A program made the position numbers and the translations under genes. 64,000 nucleotides of DNA from a virus, in the IMG/VR virus record IMGVR_UViG_3300045988_155520, positions 32,001 to 96,000 of that record; one strand, given 5' to 3'. Positions 26,901-36,615 of the stretch are shown in pieces. Each line of letters begins with the position of its first letter. Positions within the stretch are counted from its first letter, which is position 1. Below the pieces are notes generated by a model, which saw only the letters and a list, made by a program, of their open reading frames with translations, was not told where the DNA came from and did not search any database.

Positions 26901-29900
26901 CTTCGTAAACTAAGTTGATGCCATCATTTGAAAGTCTAACAGACTTAGTAACAGTACGTCCATTAGCATCCGTGATTTTGATTTTATATAAATTATTCTT
27001 TATCAATGAATCTTTAATAAAACCATTTCCTTTCGCTTTATTTGAGAAAATAGGGGTACCATCATCTTTAACTTCACAACCTATACCGATATACCTATCA
27101 TTCTGCTCTTCTATAATATCACCAACTAAGTTTCCGTAATAATCATATACCTCATATGAATAAGGCATTGCAATATTATTTACGTCAATGATAATGTAAG
27201 CAAAATCTTCTGGTTTTGTAGGACAACTACTTAAAGATTTATATTTCACATCACTACTAAATGGAAATTTCTTGTCACTAAAGCACTCTGCAAAGAATTG
27301 CTTATTAAATTTATCCAATGCTGTACTTCCTGCCTTTGCGCCAAAATAGAAATAAAAAGAGTTATTATACAATGGAAAACTAACTCTACTACTATTTGAT
27401 GAGTAGAAGTGCCACAAAGATGGATTTCCAGAACCATATCTAAACTCCATGTAGGATTTATCAAAATTATCATATTCACCCTGCTTGAATGTATTTCTTC
27501 TAACGAAATTATCAATTGACGTTTGCATTTTTCCATCAAAGTTTACAGGATAAAGATATTTTAATTTATTGAAATAATATCCTGTATTTGAATCCATTAT
27601 ATAGTTTTCTAATTTAGGGACAAAGCCAATATGGTTTAATGTTGCAAACATCGCTCTTGATTCATAATCATCTATTTCTAATTTTGTAATCATACCATCA
27701 GGTCTAAACTCTCCCCATGTGTTTTCGTTTACACCATATTGTACACGATACAACATATCGTTAGAAACGCCTAATTCACACATTCTCTCAGCATTGATAC
27801 AAGATTTTGGAGAAGATGATACACTCTGGCATTCAAGGTCCATAAAAAGTCCACCTTTATATTGTACCTCTCCGTCTTTCTTAGCACCATATCCCCAATC
27901 CATACCAGTTGTAATGTATGAACCAACATCTTCCGCAGCACCGTCATTTATATCTTTTTTGTCTCTTTCGGCATCATCACCTTTAGCTTCTGTGGTAGTT
28001 GCAATAGGTGGTATATTACTCGTAGTAGATGGAAGATATTTAAACAATTGAGGTATACCATGTAAATCATTTTCATCTAAACTTCCAAGTAATATAATAT
28101 CAGTAGCATATAATCTAACGTACTGTAAAGGCGTAGTTACCTCATTTGGCTTATTCACTCTATCTCTTGGAGTACCAGGAGTATAGTAATAAATGTCTAA
28201 ATTATCTTTATTTAAAACATTTTTTATAATACCACTATTTAACCACACTGTGTCACTATTTTTATGCATACGCATACTATATGGACCCTCTAAATGTCTT
28301 AATGTACTTGTAGAAGGAGTCTTCTGAGATTTTATAGATGGATAAGATAACTTACAAGCGTTTGTTAACTTAAGTCTCTTGTAATATGTAGAACATGAAC
28401 AGAACTCATTTTTAGCACGAGAATGGAAAAGACCAAATAAGAACGATTTTTTCTTTCTTTTACGCCATCTCCATAAAGGCATGTACAAAGTTCCATTTAA
28501 CCAATCATTATAGAAATCCATTTTTGCAATCTCGTATTCACCAGCAAGATTCTGCTGGATAGTATCTATCATAGTATGGTTATCTGATTCCTTCTTACAA
28601 TTAGGAATACTATCTGGACATTTAGCCTTATCACAAGCAACGTGTCTACTTTTACCACAATTACAACCTGGATAGTATGCTGTATTTCCTTCACCAGCTA
28701 AACCTGCGCCAAAGGATATACATCCTACTGGAAATAACCATGATAAATCAAAAAGTTTAACTTTTAATATTGGTATTCTTACAATAAGGATATAATCAAT
28801 TAAAGCTACAAGCACTGTATTTATTGCACTAATAACCGCAACAAGTACCGCTATAATAGTACACAATACCATATATGTAAAGTGTAAATCAAATCTTAAC
28901 GTATTAAAAGGCGCTGGATTTTGATTCTTCACCACATTAGTAGCTTTAATACCACTATAATGTTTTGATGTATTACGTCGAGCTGTTTGTATACGTGGTA
29001 TATAATTTTTTACACTATACACCTTATTCCAATACATATCTCTAAAGCAATTATCGGGCGTAGATGAACCGAACTCAAAATATTTATCTAAATCAACACC
29101 GTTTTTTACTGTTGGGATAGTATACTCACTGCCCTCTAAAATTTCGGGATTATTCGGTACTAAATATTTTGCAGTATGTCTTGAGAATCCTTCGTCACCT
29201 GATTCATGTTTACTAAATCTAAAACGTACCCTTGTTCTTGTTGGTATGCCTTTACTTGGATTATTTGTCGGAATAATATTACCATACTCGTCAGTACCAA
29301 TATAGTCAAGATTCATTGGAATTTGATAACAGAATACTCCGTCTGAATCAATCAAACGATTTCCTTGTATTTGTATTTCCTCTGTAAGACCATCGTTGGT
29401 CTTGCGTATCATTTCTATTGTTCCGTCACCAGGAATCAACTGCTCATTATAGCCGTTAAAAATCGCTGGAGTACATCTATGTTCAATAGAGTTATTAGAG
29501 TTGTCACTTACAACAGAACCCATAAATACACAAGTTGGTTCAAACTTATATTGTATTTGAATATCTGCACGTGTTATCGCTACTATACCATTGTCTTTAT
29601 CACCCCAGAATGGATGAACATAAACACTTTTATCTTGAGAAAAAATCTGAACAAGGTTGTCAAGATTGGTACTACTCTTAAACTGAGAAGCATTATCGAA
29701 TTGGGTTATATTATAACCTTTATACTCGAAATCTCTTGGTTTTTGTGATAATATACCAATATCTGACAAATCAATGTCAATATGAATCTGTTGTGTTCCT
29801 ACAGGTACGCCAAATAACATATAGTCACCAGCTTGATTAGTTACCGTAGTATACTTCCAGTATTTATCATAAATCTCAAGTTGTATATCATTATCTAAAA

Positions 29901-30273
29901 GATAAGTTTTATTTGGAAATGTACCAACTACTCTATAGCAATCATTATCACCTTCGTTCGGTAATATATTATAACGTCTTCCTTCTTTATCTCTTGTTTG
30001 TTTTGATGAGTAAGGATATATTGATGCTAATTCGCTGTCTTCACCATCTTCTTTTGGTATAAAGATAGAAACTTTAGCATTTGGTATACCAAAGGCATCA
30101 TTAGCTAATACTCGCCCAACTATAACACCATAGTTAGACGAGTGTATTCTGTATGCATTCTCCTGTGTCATTGACATGGTTAAGACTTCCATCATCTCGA
30201 AGTCTTGCTTCATGTTCACCTGCAATACAGTATCACTATTTATGTTTGTTTTAACTCTATACTTCTTCTCCAT
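23956..30273 (-). CDS. giant baseplate-module protein (2105 aa) with internal hydrophobic segment and Cys cluster
   Basis: The N-terminus has a beta-sandwich-like stretch (GVIVGRVLANDAFGIPNAKVSIFIP). aa 464-499 are almost entirely hydrophobic. They are followed by CNCGKSRHVACDKAKCPDSIPNC. Confidence 0.65.
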   Translation of the reverse strand: MEKKYRVKTNINSDTVLQVNMKQDFEMMEVLTMSMTQENAYRIHSSNYGVIVGRVLANDAFGIPNAKVSIFIPKEDGEDSELASIYPYSSKQTRDKEGRRYNILPNEGDNDCYRVVGTFPNKTYLLDNDIQLEIYDKYWKYTTVTNQAGDYMLFGVPVGTQQIHIDIDLSDIGILSQKPRDFEYKGYNITQFDNASQFKSSTNLDNLVQIFSQDKSVYVHPFWGDKDNGIVAITRADIQIQYKFEPTCVFMGSVVSDNSNNSIEHRCTPAIFNGYNEQLIPGDGTIEMIRKTNDGLTEEIQIQGNRLIDSDGVFCYQIPMNLDYIGTDEYGNIIPTNNPSKGIPTRTRVRFRFSKHESGDEGFSRHTAKYLVPNNPEILEGSEYTIPTVKNGVDLDKYFEFGSSTPDNCFRDMYWNKVYSVKNYIPRIQTARRNTSKHYSGIKATNVVKNQNPAPFNTLRFDLHFTYMVLCTIIAVLVAVISAINTVLVALIDYILIVRIPILKVKLFDLSWLFPVGCISFGAGLAGEGNTAYYPGCNCGKSRHVACDKAKCPDSIPNCKKESDNHTMIDTIQQNLAGEYEIAKMDFYNDWLNGTLYMPLWRWRKRKKKSFLFGLFHSRAKNEFCSCSTYYKRLKLTNACKLSYPSIKSQKTPSTSTLRHLEGPYSMRMHKNSDTVWLNSGIIKNVLNKDNLDIYYYTPGTPRDRVNKPNEVTTPLQYVRLYATDIILLGSLDENDLHGIPQLFKYLPSTTSNIPPIATTTEAKGDDAERDKKDINDGAAEDVGSYITTGMDWGYGAKKDGEVQYKGGLFMDLECQSVSSSPKSCINAERMCELGVSNDMLYRVQYGVNENTWGEFRPDGMITKLEIDDYESRAMFATLNHIGFVPKLENYIMDSNTGYYFNKLKYLYPVNFDGKMQTSIDNFVRRNTFKQGEYDNFDKSYMEFRYGSGNPSLWHFYSSNSSRVSFPLYNNSFYFYFGAKAGSTALDKFNKQFFAECFSDKKFPFSSDVKYKSLSSCPTKPEDFAYIIIDVNNIAMPYSYEVYDYYGNLVGDIIEEQNDRYIGIGCEVKDDGTPIFSNKAKGNGFIKDSLIKNNLYKIKITDANGRTVTKSVRLSNDGINLVYEASELGGRYISSEATSTDSHKRQEEAARINESSKNNIISNDLNGSIKVSAIMIDGDEYVLTSESNIKLLTEIEIPDVVKKAFKVNEKSHLMCYEIRVNHFISKNENIEKVVYLTIEPVNGSGLAELSYKETTSNTGNTYVSFEQRDYTVDYVDKNGVNKSEKIDSVLEFDFNMFYPDVYNIGLIQSCNSNYVQEKEDEDHIGYTYSMTPITIENGETFDVLLNDVPLRTLLGRHELVTTASGYRSNFYYEDSIFPMNKNGFLIISNDNKNGWIYSFDPSVYLYPSSNLEWEDYINLSGDATITNLNKVSYKLNNMFKLLHTQYFNDESLKTLSIETIGGKKPTTVRTLSPMYEDDEDLNDNGRINNYALGNIYSIVFAKSLPNIVSSNYNDKEIRKSNDKFTGQLNPKLGGGAYSGNYIAAFTNNAGIKKSSNSKSFNSYQRIPAMSYPFNGQINNVPVINVNTNYIVQNDVLDSSDNTHGGLAVVPSNYSKPYFRYMTVDRRLDYKYYFVTPSLYHSDGLINGSKDWQKGFICGTIYNGIVLNYDKNYNIVDNDNKLEYSYDKYGNLKWNGATNGNTRRFYEVSINGVDKTNDFTFTNDESFPISYPSKREFTLNDIEVNDINLSFTSCSYDIKSEVNTENNDSPIVSAITKRGEECTFKGNFANIVTPVIGSTNEDDYSILFRVPDGRGGRAGLRAQKFTLSFSTSSDSESDIYPMVPFVFGVNEGVYAGVKSSKAGLNKMIETYDEVAKFALINSLDIPNFIKKQRLRDELRNKAMTKLLTLFRDKDNKTMYFYQTHKMYLKGDGGGTSLLLTDKDLLSAQFVCDYDFGNKVSTIVTPLNCVESNTNNITRSAEVYSFSEPIDTRDFDVTFDFENDETLVIRLSTKINLSLMYKEGLDFNIRYYTEEYSVDEYNMPVVTAILSDFIHLDYEYSKSNSGDVVLTLRMTKDVKKITKSRPFFVYMTTPNGFVYKIYTDKFI

Positions 30274-30520
30274 CCTTAATACCGAGGGTTGTTTTTAAAA
30301 AATTATCAGACATTCTAAAATAAGCTGCACCATTGAAAATAAAGTTGTATATTACTACCATCAATACGATAGGTAAGCTTATAATACTAATAACTATTGT
30401 TATTAATGTCATTATCAAACGCTTAGTATATCTTATTAACTTATCAAGACTATTCTCATTATTTGGTGCTTCACCATAAATTTCTTGCATTTTTCTTGCA
30501 CCCTTACAATTGCACGACAT
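30257..30520 (-). CDS. small membrane protein (87 aa)
   Basis: Hydrophobic stretch LIMTLITIVISIISLPIVLMVVIYNFIF. N-terminus MSCNCKG. Overlaps the start of the 2105-aa gene by 17 nt. Confidence 0.55.
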   Translation of the reverse strand: MSCNCKGARKMQEIYGEAPNNENSLDKLIRYTKRLIMTLITIVISIISLPIVLMVVIYNFIFNGAAYFRMSDNFLKTTLGIKDGEEV

Positions 30521-30542
30521 ATATTCCCTTTTTAAAACATTA

Positions 30543-32549
30543 TTATTTAATCTTTGCTCTTACCTGTATATCAGTAGCCATATCTAAAATTTCATACATT
30601 GAATTATAATCTCCATATAAAACCTTATCCGAAGCATTTAAATCTAACTCTTCCGCAAATGAACCTTCTGCATTCAATTTAAATCCTAATCTATTAGACT
30701 GACCACACACTGTTGTTTCAGTATATCGAGGAAGCGGACATTTATCAGAACTATAGATACCATTATATATATTCCAAACCCTCAAGTCTATTAAGTTTAT
30801 AACCCCATCAAGCTGACTAATAGATTTTTCTAAATCTCCAATAAAAATATCTTCTCCCATATCGTGTTTTTCAATATCCATATAATCAGCTATCATATTG
30901 ATAATTGTTGAAACAACTTCAGATGTATTATAATTTTTATCTACAAATACATCAACTGAAAAACCAACATCATAAATCTTACCGCTTTTGATTTCAATAT
31001 AATCATTAAGAGATTTATAACCTTCTAAATAATTCATAACATTTTCTACAAGTGTCTGTGGTAATGCTGAATCTAACTTTCTATCAGCATTCATTCCAAG
31101 GAAACTCATTTCTATCTTATTGTTATTCTCTATAACCATAGACCTGAATGGTGCACCATATTTGGCTGGCATCTCTGATAATCTTGCCTTATAGTCTTTT
31201 AATGTTACACATCTACCTTGTGCACCGCTACTATATTTAATAAGGTATTTAATTTCTTGTGCTGACGGTGCATCTTTTCCTGAAACAGCCGTACTAACAT
31301 TAGTTACTGACAGAGATTGTATTACACTTGCCTTTACTTTACCATCTAAACTACTAACATTACCAAAGTCAAAATTAACAGTTGTTGCTGCATTGATAGA
31401 ACCTGGACCTAAATTAGTTTCAGAACCGCCACCTACACGGTACATAATAAACATAGTCCATCCCTCTTTAGGTAGTACACCAAGCATGTCATTATTGATA
31501 ATTTTAGATGCTTCGTAATCAGCATAGGTAGTTTGAAGCGTTGGAACTTCATCGTATTTAATACCAGCACCAAAAATAACTTTCATATATCCATTATCAG
31601 TATATTCTGTAATAAATTTCTGCGACAATGGTTTCCATTCTCCACGATAATATCTACTTGTTCTGACCGTACCATTGTAAGTCGTTTCAGTATAATCATC
31701 ATAAATCTCTGGATTATATCTATCCTGTATAATATCTGTATGACCGCTGTAATTTACTTTAGTACCCCATCTATATTGTTCTGCAAGAGAATCACATTCA
31801 AAGAAACGATATGTAGTTGTAGCTTCTTTACTTAAACGATACTCTTCCGCATCAATATAATACTCTGACATTTTAGGATTATCCGTATAATCAGAAGTTT
31901 CTTTGAAAATTATAGATTCAACATTCATTACATTTGTTTCTGGTAAAACAAACTCCATAAATGGCTGTAAATCTGAACGTGTAATAACTTTCTTATAAAC
32001 ACGAGTACTACCATTTCTAACTATGGCTGTTTTCTTAATTGTATAACTTGCAACATTACCATTGGTATCTCTATTAGCTATCATTTTTCTATTAGAAACA
32101 CCCTTTTTATTAAACTGTTCAGCAAAGTTTACATCCTCTATGATTTCAAAATTATAATTACCAGCAGAAACAATACTTCCCATGGTTAGAATAGGTGCGT
32201 AATCCCAATTTGGTTGTGATATATTTTGAGGACTTAATGGAAGAACAACACTAATTTCAACCTCACACATAGATGGTTTTCTGCCTGGTATTTTTATACC
32301 ATTGGTTCTTGCAATATTCAATAAAGTGCTTTTTAAATTTGCGCTATTAATATTGGTTTCTTGATACATTCTATCCGTGTGATAAGATAAATCATCACCT
32401 ACAGCACTCATTAAGTCTATAAACCAAGCACCTACACTTGAATCATTAAAGTCATCGGAAACTTCTGGATAATATTTATTACTAAAATTTATTAGTTCGC
32501 TTTTGATATCCTCGAAATTTCTTGCTAAATAATTAATTTTCTTTTCCAT
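30543..32549 (-). CDS. baseplate J / T4 gp6-like wedge protein
   Basis: 668 aa (T4 gp6 is about 660 aa), immediately downstream of the gp25-like gene. The N-terminus (NFEDIKSELINFSNKYYPEVSDDFNDSSVGAWFIDLMSAVGDDLSYHTD) matches my recollection of J-family N-termini. Confidence 0.6.
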   Translation of the reverse strand: MEKKINYLARNFEDIKSELINFSNKYYPEVSDDFNDSSVGAWFIDLMSAVGDDLSYHTDRMYQETNINSANLKSTLLNIARTNGIKIPGRKPSMCEVEISVVLPLSPQNISQPNWDYAPILTMGSIVSAGNYNFEIIEDVNFAEQFNKKGVSNRKMIANRDTNGNVASYTIKKTAIVRNGSTRVYKKVITRSDLQPFMEFVLPETNVMNVESIIFKETSDYTDNPKMSEYYIDAEEYRLSKEATTTYRFFECDSLAEQYRWGTKVNYSGHTDIIQDRYNPEIYDDYTETTYNGTVRTSRYYRGEWKPLSQKFITEYTDNGYMKVIFGAGIKYDEVPTLQTTYADYEASKIINNDMLGVLPKEGWTMFIMYRVGGGSETNLGPGSINAATTVNFDFGNVSSLDGKVKASVIQSLSVTNVSTAVSGKDAPSAQEIKYLIKYSSGAQGRCVTLKDYKARLSEMPAKYGAPFRSMVIENNNKIEMSFLGMNADRKLDSALPQTLVENVMNYLEGYKSLNDYIEIKSGKIYDVGFSVDVFVDKNYNTSEVVSTIINMIADYMDIEKHDMGEDIFIGDLEKSISQLDGVINLIDLRVWNIYNGIYSSDKCPLPRYTETTVCGQSNRLGFKLNAEGSFAEELDLNASDKVLYGDYNSMYEILDMATDIQVRAKIK

Positions 32550-32552
32550 AAA

Positions 32553-32942
32553 TTATAATTGTACAACCATGCTATCTGTAGTACTCTTATTTCCTACACT
32601 TATTTCGTAATCTACTCTTACGTAAATTTCTAAGTCGTTTTCTACATTCTTAACAACCTGTATATCGTTTATCTTTACATTGTTTACCCATCTACCAACA
32701 GAATCTTTTACTTCGTTCTTAACTGATTCCCATGTAGTTGTATCGTTTGGGTCGAAAATATATTTAATCAAATCTGTACCAAACTCAGGGTTTCTTAAAC
32801 GTTGACCTTTTGGAGTGAATATAACATGCATTAATTGGCTTTTTACCTTACCCTTTAATGAATTGTTTAAATCCACGTAAAATTTTTGATAATCCTGAGA
32901 TGTGATAGGATAACGTATACCAAAATATTGTTTATTAGCCAT
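32553..32942 (-). CDS. gp25: gp25/GPW-like baseplate wedge protein
   Basis: 129 aa. TPKGQRLRNPEFGTDLIKYIF...DLEIYVRVDY parallels T4 gp25 (TRKGSRPFDPEFGCDL...TLIVEIRF). Confidence 0.8.
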   Translation of the reverse strand: MANKQYFGIRYPITSQDYQKFYVDLNNSLKGKVKSQLMHVIFTPKGQRLRNPEFGTDLIKYIFDPNDTTTWESVKNEVKDSVGRWVNNVKINDIQVVKNVENDLEIYVRVDYEISVGNKSTTDSMVVQL

Positions 32943-33062
32943 ATTCTTTTTAACCTTTGATAACTATAATTAGTTGGGTCTTAATTTTTTAAGTAATAAT
33001 ACTATTTTTTATTATATAAAAAATAACTTTTTAATTTGATATCTGTATATAATAATAAAAAA

Positions 33063-33086
33063 GGCACGTAAATTTCTTTACGTGCC
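33063..33086 (-). terminator. rho-independent terminator after nrdG
   Basis: ggcacgtaaa / tttc / tttacgtgcc: a 10-bp perfect stem, followed on the minus strand by TTTTTTATTATT. Confidence 0.7.
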
Positions 33087-33098
33087 ATGTGTTTTTCA

Positions 33099-33590
33099 TT
33101 AATTTAGATTGCTTTGGTGAAATTCTCCTATTTTATCTTTTTCCCATATAATTTGATTTTTAGACCCTCTAAAAGATAGAGTTGTATCTCTCTTGTCTTC
33201 TATATAGCGTCCGTCTACCAAAACATCTATATAAGGAAGTATTTCCTTTCTGTAACATTCTTTAATTTCTTTCAGGGTGTAACCTGTGTAACACCATATA
33301 TCCTTGTCTGGAAACCTCTCTTTTATAGTCTCACAAAACTTCAATACCTCTTTAAAGTAGAAGCCTAACGGGTCTCCTCCTGATAAAGTCAGTCCTTTGA
33401 TATAAGGTTTTGACAGCACCCTGAATATTATCTCTTTGTCTTCATCACTAAATACTCTTCCACTATCTTTGTTCCAAGTATTTTGATTCTGACATCCCAC
33501 ACACTGATGATTACACCCAGAAACCCATAAGGTTACACGGCATCCTAATCCGTTGTTAATATCTGGATAACTTATCCCACTTATATTCAT
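33099..33590 (-). CDS. nrdG: anaerobic ribonucleotide reductase activating protein (radical SAM)
   Basis: GLGCRVTLWVSGCNHQCVGCQNQNTW (CxxxCxxC cluster). Size and position next to nrdD. Confidence 0.9.
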   Translation of the reverse strand: MNISGISYPDINNGLGCRVTLWVSGCNHQCVGCQNQNTWNKDSGRVFSDEDKEIIFRVLSKPYIKGLTLSGGDPLGFYFKEVLKFCETIKERFPDKDIWCYTGYTLKEIKECYRKEILPYIDVLVDGRYIEDKRDTTLSFRGSKNQIIWEKDKIGEFHQSNLN

Positions 33591-33638
33591 AACTTTAACC
33601 TTTTAGATGGTGGTGGTTATTAGCCACCACCACATAAT

Positions 33639-36515
33639 TTAAAACTTCTTTATATGTTTAACTCTATCATCTGATTCTTCTTGTTTGCCTGGATTAAAAG
33701 CAGATTTATAATCACCTGTAAGATATCCAGTTACACGTCTAAGATGAGAGATATGTGTACTACCACAAATAGGACAAACGTCGCCTATATCTCCACAATA
33801 TCCACAATCGTCGCAAGTGTCAATAGGTACATTGATTGCAAAGTATGGGATATCATTATCCATTGCATAATTGACAATAGTTTCAAGAGCCTCTATATTA
33901 TTCTTTGTTGAAGAAGGTAACTCAACATAAGTGATACAACCAGCATTAGAGAAATTAACTAATTGTGCTTCAATGTCAATCTTCTCAAACGGTGTCATCT
34001 CTTCCCAAACAGGAACATGTATAGAATTAGTAAAGTAACACTTGTCATGACGTTTGAACTTAATTCTTCTGTTCTCATCGTACATGATATTACCATGTTC
34101 ATCTTTCTCTGGCAAATTGATATATGTTACATTCTCAACATCACCATACATGTCTTTGAATTTCTTCATCGCTGTATAGCATAGATTCTCAGCAGGAGTG
34201 TAGTATACACCAAAGTTAAGTTTATACTTATTCTTGTATTCAGCTGCTCTCTTGTTGAACAGACCTTCTATCTCCTTTGCAAGAGCCATACCCTCTTCTG
34301 AAACATGATTCTTACCTATCAGTATTTGAAGTGTTTCAGCAAGACCTAACTGACCGATAGCCAATGTTCCATGCTTTAATGCTGAACGTATTCCTTCTTC
34401 TTCCTTATATCCAAGCATTGTGTTATTTTCCCACATAAACTTAGCTGAAGCAGGACTTTGTTTACACATCCACTCGAATCTTTCAAGAAGCATATCCTTA
34501 GATTCACTTATCTTCTTGTCAAGAAGTTTCATAAAGGCTTTTGTTATATCCTCCTTTGTGTATTCAGTGACCTTCAGTGATTCCTTAACCTCCATAGCTA
34601 ATGTTGGCATAATTACAGTAACTGGTGCAAGATTACCACGTCCGTCTTTAATCTGAGGATTCTGACCCTCATCGGCATTAACGTCTTTACCATTATATGT
34701 GCGACAATTGTGAGTTACCGTACCGTCATCCATTAAATAGAGTCTATCACCATCTAACTCAAATCCGTAAAAATCACCTACTTCATCTTCTGTAATTGTT
34801 ATAGTTGAAAGTGTACCATCTTCTTTATAGCCGTTAAATTTAGATTTCATTTCTTCGTTAAGATTCATAAAATCATGAACAGTTATATTGACAGTCATAC
34901 CATATTCTATATCTTTATAAGTTTCGCCACCGACATAAATAAGTGATAAAACATGACCTTCATTTACAACATAAGATTCAGCTCTACTCTGATTAACTTT
35001 AAAAAGTTTATCATTTCCTCTTATCAATGATTCAACAACTCTTGTTTGACCGTTAACACCCATTAACTTATCACCTACCTTAACATCTTGAACCATTTTT
35101 CTTGTTCCGTCTGCCATTACTATTGGTGTGTCTTTTGCATGACATCCCATCGTGGAAGTATAGGTACGTGGGTCATTCTTATCATAACCTTCATTAACAG
35201 ACCAGTCAACATTAACATAATTAGGATATATACGCATAGATGTTGATTTGAGTGCCAACTTGTAAAGGTCATAGTTAGGGTCGCCTTCTTTTCTATTAAT
35301 ACCCTTCATGCACTGGAAGATACTACAAGGGAATATAGCTGTCTTATGGAATTTACCTACACCCTTAATAGAACCTTGTAAAAGAGCTTGAATAACTAAT
35401 CTTCCCTCTGGAAGTGTACAAGTACCATAGTTGATAGATGTAAATGGTAACTGATTACCACTTCTACTTTGTAGTGTGTTTAAGTTGTGGTATAGACCCT
35501 CTACTGCTTGATTGAGTTCATTAAGTGTGTCAAATAAAGCACTTTGATAAAGTTTTGCATCTAACTTATCTTTATTATCAAGTGTAAAATCTTCTTCAGA
35601 TAAACCTGTTTCTTTGAAGAACTCGTTCTTGTAATCTTTGGTAAATTTATCAAGTGATGTTCTTTCTAAACCGTTTTTGTCTTTATAAAATTCTGAAGCA
35701 ATATTGATTATATCTGAATTATAGAATTTATCACTCTGTTTGATATATGCATTTATATAATGCTTCATAAAGCTCTTTCTAAAGAACTTAACCATTGTCC
35801 AATCTAAATGACTACCACTAACACCACCAAACTGCTGTAATGATTGTAACTGGAAAATTACAGCTACTAATTGGAATGCTGTGTTAAGTGAATTTGCAGG
35901 TCTTACATCGGTCTGTCTTGTATTGAACCCATTATTAAGCAAATCATCCAATGGACTGGTTAGACAGTTAGTCATACCTACAGCGTATGAATCAAGGTCG
36001 TGGATATAAATCTCATTGTTTTCATGATTTCTTCTTGCTTTTCTACTCATACAGAAGTCAAGTGCATACTTCTTTGTTACGAGTCTACTTGCTTCACCCA
36101 TTCTTCCACCAAATGAGTATTCATCAACATTTGCATTTTGGTTCTGTACATCTTCTGCCAAAAGTTTCTTCTTTAAACTCTTAGTCAGTTTGCTTTGATT
36201 ATCACGTACCAATTTATGCATATATCTATAGATGATATAAGATTTTGCAACATCCTGATAATCAGATGACATAAGGCATCTTTCTACATTATCCTGTATA
36301 TCTTCAACATCTACAGTTGTTTCACTTTCTTCATTATAAACGTTCTTTAAACATGCTATAATATTTTCAACAGCATTTTTCTTGATATCTTCAAAACTAC
36401 CAGTTTTTGTACTTTCAATATGTTTTCTACAAGAATCAAAAGCACTATCAATGGCTTTTTCTATTTTTCCAAAATGGAATTTTTCTACAGTATTATCTCT
36501 TTTACGAACTAACAT
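33639..36515 (-). CDS. nrdD: anaerobic (class III) ribonucleoside-triphosphate reductase, interrupted by an intein
   Basis: N-terminal ATP-cone-like start (VRKRDNTVEKFHFGKIEKAI). C-terminal Zn site CDDCGYCG...CPICG and glycyl-radical motif RRVTGYL. Intein at aa 458-603. Confidence 0.92.
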   Translation of the reverse strand: MLVRKRDNTVEKFHFGKIEKAIDSAFDSCRKHIESTKTGSFEDIKKNAVENIIACLKNVYNEESETTVDVEDIQDNVERCLMSSDYQDVAKSYIIYRYMHKLVRDNQSKLTKSLKKKLLAEDVQNQNANVDEYSFGGRMGEASRLVTKKYALDFCMSRKARRNHENNEIYIHDLDSYAVGMTNCLTSPLDDLLNNGFNTRQTDVRPANSLNTAFQLVAVIFQLQSLQQFGGVSGSHLDWTMVKFFRKSFMKHYINAYIKQSDKFYNSDIINIASEFYKDKNGLERTSLDKFTKDYKNEFFKETGLSEEDFTLDNKDKLDAKLYQSALFDTLNELNQAVEGLYHNLNTLQSRSGNQLPFTSINYGTCTLPEGRLVIQALLQGSIKGVGKFHKTAIFPCSIFQCMKGINRKEGDPNYDLYKLALKSTSMRIYPNYVNVDWSVNEGYDKNDPRTYTSTMGCHAKDTPIVMADGTRKMVQDVKVGDKLMGVNGQTRVVESLIRGNDKLFKVNQSRAESYVVNEGHVLSLIYVGGETYKDIEYGMTVNITVHDFMNLNEEMKSKFNGYKEDGTLSTITITEDEVGDFYGFELDGDRLYLMDDGTVTHNCRTYNGKDVNADEGQNPQIKDGRGNLAPVTVIMPTLAMEVKESLKVTEYTKEDITKAFMKLLDKKISESKDMLLERFEWMCKQSPASAKFMWENNTMLGYKEEEGIRSALKHGTLAIGQLGLAETLQILIGKNHVSEEGMALAKEIEGLFNKRAAEYKNKYKLNFGVYYTPAENLCYTAMKKFKDMYGDVENVTYINLPEKDEHGNIMYDENRRIKFKRHDKCYFTNSIHVPVWEEMTPFEKIDIEAQLVNFSNAGCITYVELPSSTKNNIEALETIVNYAMDNDIPYFAINVPIDTCDDCGYCGDIGDVCPICGSTHISHLRRVTGYLTGDYKSAFNPGKQEESDDRVKHIKKF
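34707..35144 (-). mobile_element. mini-intein (146 aa) in NrdD
   Basis: ...TSTMG|CHAKDTPIVMADGTRKMVQDVKVGDKLMG...NEGHVLSL...FYGFELDGDRLYLMDDGTVTHN|CRTYNG. I checked the codons at 35144 (Cys1) and 34707 (terminal Asn) against the DNA. Confidence 0.85.
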
Positions 36516-36615
36516 TATATGTCTTTTAAAAATTTATTTATTTCTTATTATTGATATCATTAATTTAACAACGTTGTAAGAATAAATATGATATATTTTA
36601 TGTTTCGATTAAAAA

